Shown here: positions 1 through 7,286 of the stretch, one piece after another
Position numbering within the stretch: the stretch's first letter is position 1
Layout: every line of letters starts with the position of its first letter
NCBI GenBank assembly: GCA_964536655.1
Contig: CAZHYH010000001.1
Span: 1-27,459 of the forward strand
Reading direction: 5' to 3'
Source: an uncultured Candidatus Saccharibacteria bacterium
Lineage (GTDB): Bacteria; Patescibacteriota; Minisyncoccia; UBA6257; Colwellbacteraceae
DNA: 27,459 nucleotides
Program-made: the position numbers and the translations under genes
The notes under the pieces: generated by a model
What the model saw: the letters and a program-made list of their open reading frames with translations, nothing else
Databases searched by the model: none
Told to the model about the DNA's origin: nothing

Positions 1-61
1 TACTGTTGCCCTCCCATGAATTAATGTTTGATCCGGAAACATTAAGGGGCGGGACGTTATT

Positions 62-70
62 ATTATAACA
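62..70 (-). promoter_or_regulatory. Putative extended -10 promoter (TGTTATAAT) firing out of the left edge of the window
   Basis: The minus strand reads TGT-TATAAT, a consensus TGn + -10 hexamer, just downstream of a terminator-like hairpin. No good -35 is visible. Confidence 0.45.
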
Positions 71-95
71 AATCACAAAGATATATAAAACAAGT

Positions 96-127
96 AAAAA
101 GGACTCTAGAAACAGTTCTAGAGTCCT
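96..127 (-). terminator. Putative intrinsic terminator
   Basis: Perfect 12-bp stem AGGACTCTAGAA / TTCTAGAGTCCT (100-111 / 116-127) with a 4-nt loop, followed by a T run on the minus strand, 64 nt after the stop of ORF 192..440. Confidence 0.6.
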
Positions 128-191
128 GATAAATATGCCCCTTAATAAATGCGGGGCAAGCAGCGTCCTTTGTTTATGTTTAGTTAAACAC

Positions 192-440
192 TTAAGTATG
201 GTTGTAGATAACGTCTTCCGTACGAGGTATGAGCACCTTAGTCAGCTGCTCAAGCCGCTTAATCTGATGTGAACGTCTCTTTCCATTTCCTCCGCACTTG
301 ATTCTTTTCTCCAGTGAATTCCTTTCTTCCAGATAACATGCGAACCTGGAACATAACTCAGTGATTGATCCATCGTTGTCCGATTTCCTTACATTCTTGA
401 GCTGCTTGAGCTGCTGCACATTTCTGTCTTTTCTCAACAT
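192..440 (-). CDS. Hypothetical basic protein, 82 aa
   Basis: ATG start with a purine-rich SD-like AAGGAGAAGGAGGG at 453-466 and a downstream terminator. No recognisable motif. Confidence 0.45.
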   Translation of the reverse strand: MLRKDRNVQQLKQLKNVRKSDNDGSITELCSRFACYLEERNSLEKRIKCGGNGKRRSHQIKRLEQLTKVLIPRTEDVIYNHT

Positions 441-594
441 AATGTCTAAATACCCTCCTTCTCCTTAAGTTTTAGTGGTTTGGCGGACGCTGCTTTAAAA
501 GAACTACTAGGATAAACAATGTTATCCAGTTAGAGTTTAACACGTGAAACTGTTTGGGTAAATTCTTTAATCACTAAATAAATCGGAAACAGCG

Positions 595-1200
595 TTATTC
601 CAAGATGCCGTCTAAGTTAACGTCGTAAAGAATACTTTCGTTTATGAGGCGGTAGTTGAGCAGCTCTTCCGGATTAAACCAAAGAGCTATTTCTTTTTCG
701 GCTTCTTCAGGCGAACCGGAAGCATGAAGTAAATTTCTTACCGCTCTGCTATCTATATCAGCCATCTCGTAGGAATCAATTGTAAGGTCACCCCTTATAG
801 TGCCAACATCAGAAGTTAGTGGTTCGGTGCCGCCGGTAATCTTCCTTATAATTCCGACAGCATGTATGCCTTGCCAAACCATAGCAACAACCGGACCAGA
901 GACAAGATATTTCTTTAAGTTTCTCAATATAATCTCTGTAATCTGCAAGGGGTCTTCCGATGGCGGCATCTTACCCTTTTTCTTATAAGATTCGATGGTT
1001 TTGAGGCCTGTTTTTACACGCCACTCGGGATCGAGCGAATAGTGCTTTTCCACGAAGTCGGGTGATGGAACCAGCATTTTCAAACCTACCAGCTTCAAGC
1101 CGGTTCTTTCATAACGACCCAAAATCTCCCCTATCAAGCTGCGTTGAACACCATCCGGTTTTACGACAACCAAAGTTCTTTCTTTTTTTAAATCAGCCAT
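595..1200 (-). CDS. ndk: Nucleoside diphosphate kinase (long form with internal insertion)
   Basis: ERTLVVVKPDGVQR N-terminus, GTIRGD, and catalytic RNLLHASGS. Confidence 0.95.
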   Translation of the reverse strand: MADLKKERTLVVVKPDGVQRSLIGEILGRYERTGLKLVGLKMLVPSPDFVEKHYSLDPEWRVKTGLKTIESYKKKGKMPPSEDPLQITEIILRNLKKYLVSGPVVAMVWQGIHAVGIIRKITGGTEPLTSDVGTIRGDLTIDSYEMADIDSRAVRNLLHASGSPEEAEKEIALWFNPEELLNYRLINESILYDVNLDGILE

Positions 1201-2632
1201 TATCTTTTTGCGTCTTAGAGATTTCTATATGCAGCTCTTTTAATTGTTCATTAGAAACTTCCGAGGGAGCCCCCATAAGCAGGTCCCTCCCGTCTCCTGT
1301 CTTTGGGAAAGCGATGACCTCGCGAATGTTGGGTTCATTTTCTAGAATCATCATAAATCTGTCAATTCCCGGGGCAATTCCGCCGTGTGGCGGAACCCCG
1401 TATTCAAAAGCTGTCAACATGTGGTTAAACTGCTGTTTTTGTTCGTCTGAAAAACCGATTAAATCAAAAATTTTCCTCTGAACCTCCGGCTGATGAATTC
1501 TAATACTGCCACCCCCTATTTCATATCCATTCAAAACCAAATCATGTTGGAGCCCTCTTGCTTTTAATGGGTCGGCATCCAGAAAATGCAAATCGTCCGG
1601 ATGCGGCGCTGTAAACATGTGGTGCGAGGGAGCAAATTTGGCTGACCCGGAGCCATGAAAAAAATCTTCTTTTATCTGCTTGTTGAAAAGAGGAAAATCT
1701 ATCGTCCAGCTAAAGGCAAGCTCGTTGGGATTACCTTTGTCTTCTCTTAAATCCGGTTTGTCTGTTCCAAACTTCTTTCGCGCTTCGCTATGCGATAGAC
1801 GCGGCCATGGAGATTTGGAGATTATTTTGTGAGGAAATAATTCTTTCACCAAACTGGAAAACAACTCTTCAGTCAAATTTAAAATGTCTTCCTGCGTTAT
1901 AAAACTCATCTCTACGTCAAGCTGCGTGAATTCCGGCTGCCGATCACCTCTGGTGTCCTCATCGCGGAAACACCTGGCTATCTGGAAGTATCGTTCCAGC
2001 CCCCCAACCATAAGAAGTTGTTTGTACTGCTGCGGCGATTGCGGCAAAGCATAAAAATTGCCTGGATAAATCCTGGAAGGCACTAAATAATCCCTTGCCC
2101 CTTCCGGAGTAGATTTACCCAAATTCGGAGTTTCTACTTCTACAAATCCCCGTTCTGTCAGAAAATCACGCATGAACTTTATAACCTTGTGGCGATTTCT
2201 CAAGTTTTTAGTAAGGCGCCTGCGGCGCATATCAAGATAGCGATACTGCATTCTTAACTCTTCGCTTACTTCGTAGCCGTCCGTGTCCAAAGCGAAAGGC
2301 GGGGTTTTGGCTTTAGTGATAATTTCCAATTCGGTTACCTGAATTTCCAACTTACCCGTTTTCAAATTATCGTTAATCATGCCTTTAGGCCGCTCGCTCA
2401 CTTTCCCCTTAACTTTAATAACCCACTCTTGCCTCAAAGTATCAGCCAGTTTATACACCTCCGGATTTTCTTTTGGCACAAAAACTAGCTGGACAATGCC
2501 GCTTCTGTCTCTTAAATCAATAAAAATAATCTTGCCGTGATCGCGCCTTACGTCCACCCAACCGGCAAGTTCTATTTCCTCGTTCAACTTATCTAATATT
2601 TCTTCCGATAGAGTCCTCATATTCTTTAACAT
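1193..2632 (-). CDS. aspS: Aspartate--tRNA ligase, probably non-discriminating (Asp/Asn), lacking the GAD insertion domain
   Basis: OB-fold GWVDVRRDHG..IFIDLRDRSG, motif 2 YFQIARCFRDED, QLDVEMSF, motif 3 PPHGGIAPGIDR. The start is uncertain: the ORF track gives GTG 2650, but ATG 2632 or ATG 2620 is more likely. Confidence 0.96.
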   Translation of the reverse strand: MLKNMRTLSEEILDKLNEEIELAGWVDVRRDHGKIIFIDLRDRSGIVQLVFVPKENPEVYKLADTLRQEWVIKVKGKVSERPKGMINDNLKTGKLEIQVTELEIITKAKTPPFALDTDGYEVSEELRMQYRYLDMRRRRLTKNLRNRHKVIKFMRDFLTERGFVEVETPNLGKSTPEGARDYLVPSRIYPGNFYALPQSPQQYKQLLMVGGLERYFQIARCFRDEDTRGDRQPEFTQLDVEMSFITQEDILNLTEELFSSLVKELFPHKIISKSPWPRLSHSEARKKFGTDKPDLREDKGNPNELAFSWTIDFPLFNKQIKEDFFHGSGSAKFAPSHHMFTAPHPDDLHFLDADPLKARGLQHDLVLNGYEIGGGSIRIHQPEVQRKIFDLIGFSDEQKQQFNHMLTAFEYGVPPHGGIAPGIDRFMMILENEPNIREVIAFPKTGDGRDLLMGAPSEVSNEQLKELHIEISKTQKDNG

Positions 2633-2640
2633 GTATTTGG

Positions 2641-2649
2641 AGTATATCA
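2641..2649 (-). promoter_or_regulatory. Putative extended -10 promoter (TGATATACT) for aspS
   Basis: TGn-TATACT lies 8 nt before ATG 2632, and its TGA is the stop codon of the upstream ORF. Confidence 0.4.
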
Positions 2650-3486
2650 CTTCTCCTTAAAAATATTAAGTCTGCCATCTTTGATTTTAAAATGTACGAG
2701 CCCATCTTCATCGTTCCGGTAAATACTTGAGCCGGTTTGCGCCAATCTCGCTATTGCTTCTTTAGTAGGATGACCGTATCTGTTTTTACCAACCTGAATA
2801 ACGGAGAAAAGAGGAGTTGCTTCGCTTATAAAGTTAATGCCGCTCGAGTATTTAGAGCCGTGGTGCGCAACCTTCAACACGTCTATATCGAGGTTATATT
2901 TATCGATAAGTTTTTCTTCCACCTTGAAGCCGATATCACCGGTAAATAATAATTTAGCGCCCTCTGAATCTAATTTTGCAACTAAAGCCGTATTATTTAG
3001 CTCGCCTCTCACAAAATTTTCATCCGGGGAAAGTATATCTATATCATTATCTCTATAATTTATTTTATCACCGGCACCCAGAACAATTGTCGGGATTCGT
3101 TTTTCCTCTAATATTTTCAGTAAATCCTTCCACGCTTCTATTTCTCCATCGCGGCCATTGTAAACAAAAGCGCCTATTCGATAACGATCCAAGACCGGAA
3201 TAAAACCGGCAAAGTGGTCCATCTCCGGATGAGACAAAATCAACAAGTCTATATAACGATCGGTGGGAGTAAGAATTTTATCCAATTGAGCCAAAACACT
3301 TTTATCCGGTCCGCCGTCAATAAGCACTTTCGGTCCATAAGGCAGAACAATTAAACTGCTATCCCCTTGTCCGACATCCAAAAAGTAAACGTCAAGAACA
3401 TCCGACGGCGCGCCGGCAATAACCCAATACCAAATAAATATATTAAGAAAGATAAACGCCGAAAAGGTTAATGATGAATATTTCAT
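2647..3486 (-). CDS. ComEC/Rec2-type metallo-beta-lactamase-fold nuclease domain protein with N-terminal membrane anchor
   Basis: FLDVGQGDS, LIDGGP, LSHPEMDH, LFTGDI, KVAHHGS and NRYGHP motifs of the ComEC C-terminal domain. Confidence 0.9.
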   Translation of the reverse strand: MKYSSLTFSAFIFLNIFIWYWVIAGAPSDVLDVYFLDVGQGDSSLIVLPYGPKVLIDGGPDKSVLAQLDKILTPTDRYIDLLILSHPEMDHFAGFIPVLDRYRIGAFVYNGRDGEIEAWKDLLKILEEKRIPTIVLGAGDKINYRDNDIDILSPDENFVRGELNNTALVAKLDSEGAKLLFTGDIGFKVEEKLIDKYNLDIDVLKVAHHGSKYSSGINFISEATPLFSVIQVGKNRYGHPTKEAIARLAQTGSSIYRNDEDGLVHFKIKDGRLNIFKEK

Positions 3487-4735
3487 ATCCCAGTAGAATT
3501 CCCGTTATCGACCCGGCTATAACTGATAGATGATATGATACAACACCTAAAAACATTGTCACGAATCCTAAAAACATAGTCAGCGGTATAAATTCAAGTA
3601 TAAGGACATTGGAAAATAAAGATAACGGCGAGAAGTAACCGAAAGTAGCAATCACAACAGGCAAAACAGCCATCTGCGCGGAAAAAGTCTGCAATAAATT
3701 TTCTCGCCAATTAAGAAAAGTTTCTTTTTTGGCGATGTTTAAGAGTTTCTCCAGGGCGGGTTTCAAATAAATCAGACCAATAAGCGCCATAAAAGAAAGT
3801 TGGAAACCGACATTGAAAATAAGCAGCTTGGGATTTAGAAGAAGCATCACGAAAGCCGTTAGAGTGACAGCGTTTCTGAAACTGTATAGGCGGCTTGATC
3901 GCTCGGCAACCAGAAAAACTATACCCATAATAGCCGCACGCACTACTGACTCTTCAGCGCCAGTCATTAAAACGAAAGCTACGACGAAAACAATACTAAA
4001 CCAAAATGCTTTACGCCTGCCACCAAAATAAGCAAACATATTAGAAAGAGCAATGGCTATTATGGAAACATTGTAACCGGATAAGGCTACCAAGTGCGTC
4101 GTACCGCTTTTCTTTAGTGCCTCGGTGAACTCCGGAGAAAATTCGCCTCGTTCGCCAAATAGAATTCCGGCAAGAAAGGCGGATTTTTCTCGGGGTAAAA
4201 CACGTTCTATGTTATTGATTAACGTCTGTTTTATAGAGAAAAGGAATTCTTTCGCGCGATTACCATGATTAACGCCCTCTAATTTTATTGTGGGAAAACT
4301 TACTATATTTGAGCGATTGGACGAAGATTTGCTGACTTCACCGGTAATTTCTAAGAGGTCTCCGTAATGATATTCCGGATAAAGAGCGGTATAAATTCTT
4401 ACTTCGCCGCTGTAAGGTTTGTTAAACCCCAAGACAATTTCTTGCGACTTCAAACCAAAAGCAGGCTCTTTAATAACAATTCCCGCAAAGGTAATTTCTT
4501 TATCAAAAACTATATGTTCTTCGTGGAGAACCAAATAGAAATTGTAATAAAAATAGCCCATAAAAAATAAAAAAAGAACAATAGTATACCAAAATACTGA
4601 TCGATGTTTTAGTATACTAAAAATAAGAATTGCGGCGATAGGCAAAGATAACCAGATGTTTATCCTCAAGCTGGCCGCGGCGATTCCTATGATAAAAAAA
4701 ACCGCTATATAAAAAGCGGCATCATATGCCTTCAT
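3443..4735 (-). CDS. comEC: ComEC/Rec2 competence channel (membrane domain)
   Basis: GTTHLVALSGYNV, SVVRAAIM and GFQLSF motifs with multiple TM segments. ATG 4735 (MKAY) is preferred over GTG 4747. Confidence 0.92.
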   Translation of the reverse strand: MKAYDAAFYIAVFFIIGIAAASLRINIWLSLPIAAILIFSILKHRSVFWYTIVLFLFFMGYFYYNFYLVLHEEHIVFDKEITFAGIVIKEPAFGLKSQEIVLGFNKPYSGEVRIYTALYPEYHYGDLLEITGEVSKSSSNRSNIVSFPTIKLEGVNHGNRAKEFLFSIKQTLINNIERVLPREKSAFLAGILFGERGEFSPEFTEALKKSGTTHLVALSGYNVSIIAIALSNMFAYFGGRRKAFWFSIVFVVAFVLMTGAEESVVRAAIMGIVFLVAERSSRLYSFRNAVTLTAFVMLLLNPKLLIFNVGFQLSFMALIGLIYLKPALEKLLNIAKKETFLNWRENLLQTFSAQMAVLPVVIATFGYFSPLSLFSNVLILEFIPLTMFLGFVTMFLGVVSYHLSVIAGSITGILLGYEIFIINLFGVYLS

Positions 4736-4740
4736 AATAG

Positions 4741-5262
4741 TCAGCACAAATCAGCGTTAGCGAATTTCTTCTTGTTGAAAGGATGTTTTATTTCTTTCAT
4801 TTCGGTAACCAAATCCGCTTTTTCAATAAAAGAGGCTGGCGCGTTTCTGCCAGTAAAGATAACTATTTTCTCCGGCGGCAAATCTTTCACTGTTTTTAAT
4901 ACCTTCTCGGCGGTGAGTAATCCTAAAGAAACCGCTACGTTTACCTCATCTAAAATAATGGCATCTCTCTTGGCCAACTCTTCTTTGAAATATTTTAGAG
5001 CTTTACGGGCAGCTTCGGAGTGCTCCTCCTTGGGAAGTTTATCACCCAAAATACCTACAAAACCCAACCCCATCTTTTTTATCTCAAAACTGCCTTTACC
5101 GTTTTCTTTATTTTTTATCTCTATATTATCTTCTCCTGATTTCAAAGGTCCCTTAATAAATTGAATCATTAAAACATTCTTTCCGCGCCCTACGGCCCTT
5201 ACCGCTTGCCCCAACGAAGCGGTAGTTTTGCCTTTGCCATTACCAGTGAAAACGATAAGCAT
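4741..5262 (-). CDS. cobO: Cob(I)yrinic acid a,c-diamide adenosyltransferase (CobO/BtuR family)
   Basis: VFTGNGKGKTTAS P-loop, QFIKG, IILDEVN, IFTGRNAP and ADLVTEMKEIKHPF. Confidence 0.9.
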   Translation of the reverse strand: MLIVFTGNGKGKTTASLGQAVRAVGRGKNVLMIQFIKGPLKSGEDNIEIKNKENGKGSFEIKKMGLGFVGILGDKLPKEEHSEAARKALKYFKEELAKRDAIILDEVNVAVSLGLLTAEKVLKTVKDLPPEKIVIFTGRNAPASFIEKADLVTEMKEIKHPFNKKKFANADLC

Positions 5263-5269
5263 AGATTTA

Positions 5270-5278
5270 ACAGTAACA
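5270..5278 (-). promoter_or_regulatory. Possible extended -10 element (TGTTACTGT) for cobO
   Basis: TGn-TAnnnT 7 nt before the cobO ATG; weak match to consensus. Confidence 0.25.
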
Positions 5279-5279
5279 A

Positions 5280-6380
5280 TTATTGTATCACCCCACCACC
5301 CAGCATCAATCCGTCTTGTGCATAAAATACTACTGATTGGCCGGAAGCTACAAATTTTTGAGGAGAATTAAAAGTAACTCTGTAATAATCGGTTTTTATT
5401 TTATCTATCGTCGCCAATATCAAGGGTTGACGATATCTGACTCGCGCTAAAACGAGAAGCGGTAATCGTGGTTCCTCTCCGGCTACCCAGTTTGCAGCAC
5501 ATATTTCGATTTCGTTTTTATACAAGAGCGGGCTATCACTGCCCAGAGCCACGGCTACCGTATTCGTAAATGTATTTTTACCGGTAACGTAATACGGGCG
5601 GCCGCCGCTCACGCCCAACCCGTGCCTCTGACCAACGGTATAAAACTGCGCGCCTTCGTGCTCCCCCAAAATCTTACCAGTATTATCAACAACAAAACCT
5701 TTGCGCGGCGGTAAGTGCTCGCCTAAGAATTCTTTCAAGGTAACCTTACCGACAAAACATAAACCTTGCGAATCTTTTTTCTCAGCTGTCGGCAGGCCAA
5801 CTTTTTTAGCTATAGCGCGGACTTCTGATTTCAAATAATCGCCTATCGGAAATAAGCAATGACGCAGTTGCTCCTGTGTTAAAGTCCACAAGAAATATGA
5901 CTGGTCCTTCTTGGTATCTTTAGCTCGCCAAAGACCAAATTTTGAATTTTTAATTTTTAATTTTGAATCAAATTCGAAATTCGAAATTCGAAATTCAGAA
6001 TTTCGTCGCAGACGGACATAGTGTCCTGTCGCTATATAGTCTGCTCCCATCTCTAAGGCTTTCTTAAGGAAAAGTCCAAACTTTATTTCTTTATTACACA
6101 TCACATCCGGGTTAGGAGTGAGGCCGGAGGCATACCCGCTAACCATATAATCCACGACTTTTTCTTTATATTCTTTCTCCAGGTCCAGAACGTAGAAAGG
6201 AACATTTAAAAGCTCCGCTACTCGGCGCGCGTCCTCGGCATCTTTTACGTTGCAGCTATTTTTGTTCCAGCAACGTAGATGAACACCAACGACGTCAAAA
6301 CCACGCTCCTTCAGTAGATAAGCAGCGACTGACGAATCAACACCGCCTGACATCGCCACAAAAACCTTAGATTTTTTCAT
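5280..6380 (-). CDS. mnmA: tRNA-specific 2-thiouridylase MnmA
   Basis: VAMSGGVDSSV, TPNPDVMCNKEIKF, IATGHY, KDQSYFL, KKDSQGLCF, YTVGQRHGLG and GQSVVFY. Confidence 0.97.
   Translation of the reverse strand: MKKSKVFVAMSGGVDSSVAAYLLKERGFDVVGVHLRCWNKNSCNVKDAEDARRVAELLNVPFYVLDLEKEYKEKVVDYMVSGYASGLTPNPDVMCNKEIKFGLFLKKALEMGADYIATGHYVRLRRNSEFRISNFEFDSKLKIKNSKFGLWRAKDTKKDQSYFLWTLTQEQLRHCLFPIGDYLKSEVRAIAKKVGLPTAEKKDSQGLCFVGKVTLKEFLGEHLPPRKGFVVDNTGKILGEHEGAQFYTVGQRHGLGVSGGRPYYVTGKNTFTNTVAVALGSDSPLLYKNEIEICAANWVAGEEPRLPLLVLARVRYRQPLILATIDKIKTDYYRVTFNSPQKFVASGQSVVFYAQDGLMLGGGVIQ
5937..6005. repeat. 69-bp heptamer-period low-complexity tract inside mnmA
   Basis: The minus strand reads (GAATTTC)-like units followed by (AAAATTA/C)-like units. 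It is in frame and encodes RNSEFRISNFEFDSKLKIKNSKF. Confidence 0.85.
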
Positions 6381-6493
6381 AATAGAATCACCTCTATAAT
6401 CATCTAAAAACCTCGAAAAATCAAGAAATTTATGGTCTTTTTAACCCTGATGCCTATAGTAGAGGGGTATAAAAGGTCGATTTAGTATAAATT

Positions 6494-6883
6494 TTGCTCA
6501 ATAATATGGAAGAAGATAGTTATCAAGTCACTTTTGTTCCTAAAAGACTAAAGGTTGACGATAAGCCAGAATTCAACCATTTTCCCGTGAATATTCTTTT
6601 TGCCAGTATCAAGAAAAAAGATAATAAGCAAAAAGTTCGTTATTCTGTCTATCTGCCGGATCTTTCAACCTATACCGAAAATGATAAAAACCAAGGAATG
6701 GAGTACTACAATGTAATTGATAGAAATTATTGGCTCTGGATATCACGCAATAAAGAAAGTGGTTCTTATATAGGTTTTAAATATCGCGGTCCTCGTTGTA
6801 ATCCTGAAAGTCTCGGCTCTGCCACAGGGATAAATTACGAAGTATTCTTCAGATTTTTTACTGCTCTCGGGGTAAAGGAATAA
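6494..6883 (+). CDS. Hypothetical protein, 125-129 aa (only plus-strand gene)
   Basis: Open frame filling an otherwise empty gap and divergent from mnmA. The start is TTG 6494 or ATG 6506. No recognisable family. Confidence 0.6.
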   Translation: MLNNMEEDSYQVTFVPKRLKVDDKPEFNHFPVNILFASIKKKDNKQKVRYSVYLPDLSTYTENDKNQGMEYYNVIDRNYWLWISRNKESGSYIGFKYRGPRCNPESLGSATGINYEVFFRFFTALGVKE

Positions 6884-7063
6884 AAAAAACTGGGCAATAC
6901 TTTCATACTGCCGAGACTATATTTACACTTAAATTGTCCACTGATTATATATTTTTAAAGGTTCTAGAGGGTTTGAATGCTGGAGAATAAAATATATAAA
7001 AGCGCAAAGAAACTAAGTAGTGGTAAAAATTAAGGAGTTATTTAAGAGATCCAAATATGAGAA

Positions 7064-7276
7064 GTAGAAAATCTTTTCGTAGCCAACATGTTGGAATGAA
7101 GTTATAAATTACCGAGCAAGGAGGAAAGAAGTAGGAAAATGTCTCTGTCTGAATCCCAATATATTGACTTACGAAGTCAATATATTGGTTGAGTTCGATA
7201 TTTTCCGTTAACTTTTAACGACGAGCGAGAATAATTTATCTGAATGGAAATGGCTGGCGAGAAAAGGATTTTCTAC
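7064..7276. repeat. Degenerate long palindrome with a perfect 15-bp central stem (7156-7188)
   Basis: CCAATATATTGACTT-ACG-AAGTCAATATATTGG at the centre. Colinear inverted blocks GTAGAAAATC, TTTTC, AGCCA, ATAAATTA and GGAAAAT lie in arms of 107 and 103 nt. Confidence 0.7.
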
Positions 7277-7286
7277 GAATCCAACC

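Noticed and set aside
471-594. Possible pseudoknot between ndk and the 82-aa ORF (471-480/569-578 and 488-496/586-594)
   Set aside because: The two stems need G-U wobbles on opposite strands, so neither strand forms both cleanly; short AT-rich matches are plausible by chance.
2647-2649. TGA recoding (genetic code 25)
   Set aside because: TGA ends complete genes at 2647 and 4741, and conserved proteins translate fully under code 11.
4741-4790. Possible frameshift at the CobO C-terminus (ends FANADLC)
   Set aside because: All core motifs through KHPF are intact, the length is normal, and no better tail is evident in the other frames.
6390-6468. Weak inverted similarity CCTCTATA / TAGTAGAGG in the mnmA-orphan divergent region
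   Set aside because: It is too short and gapped to support an operator call.
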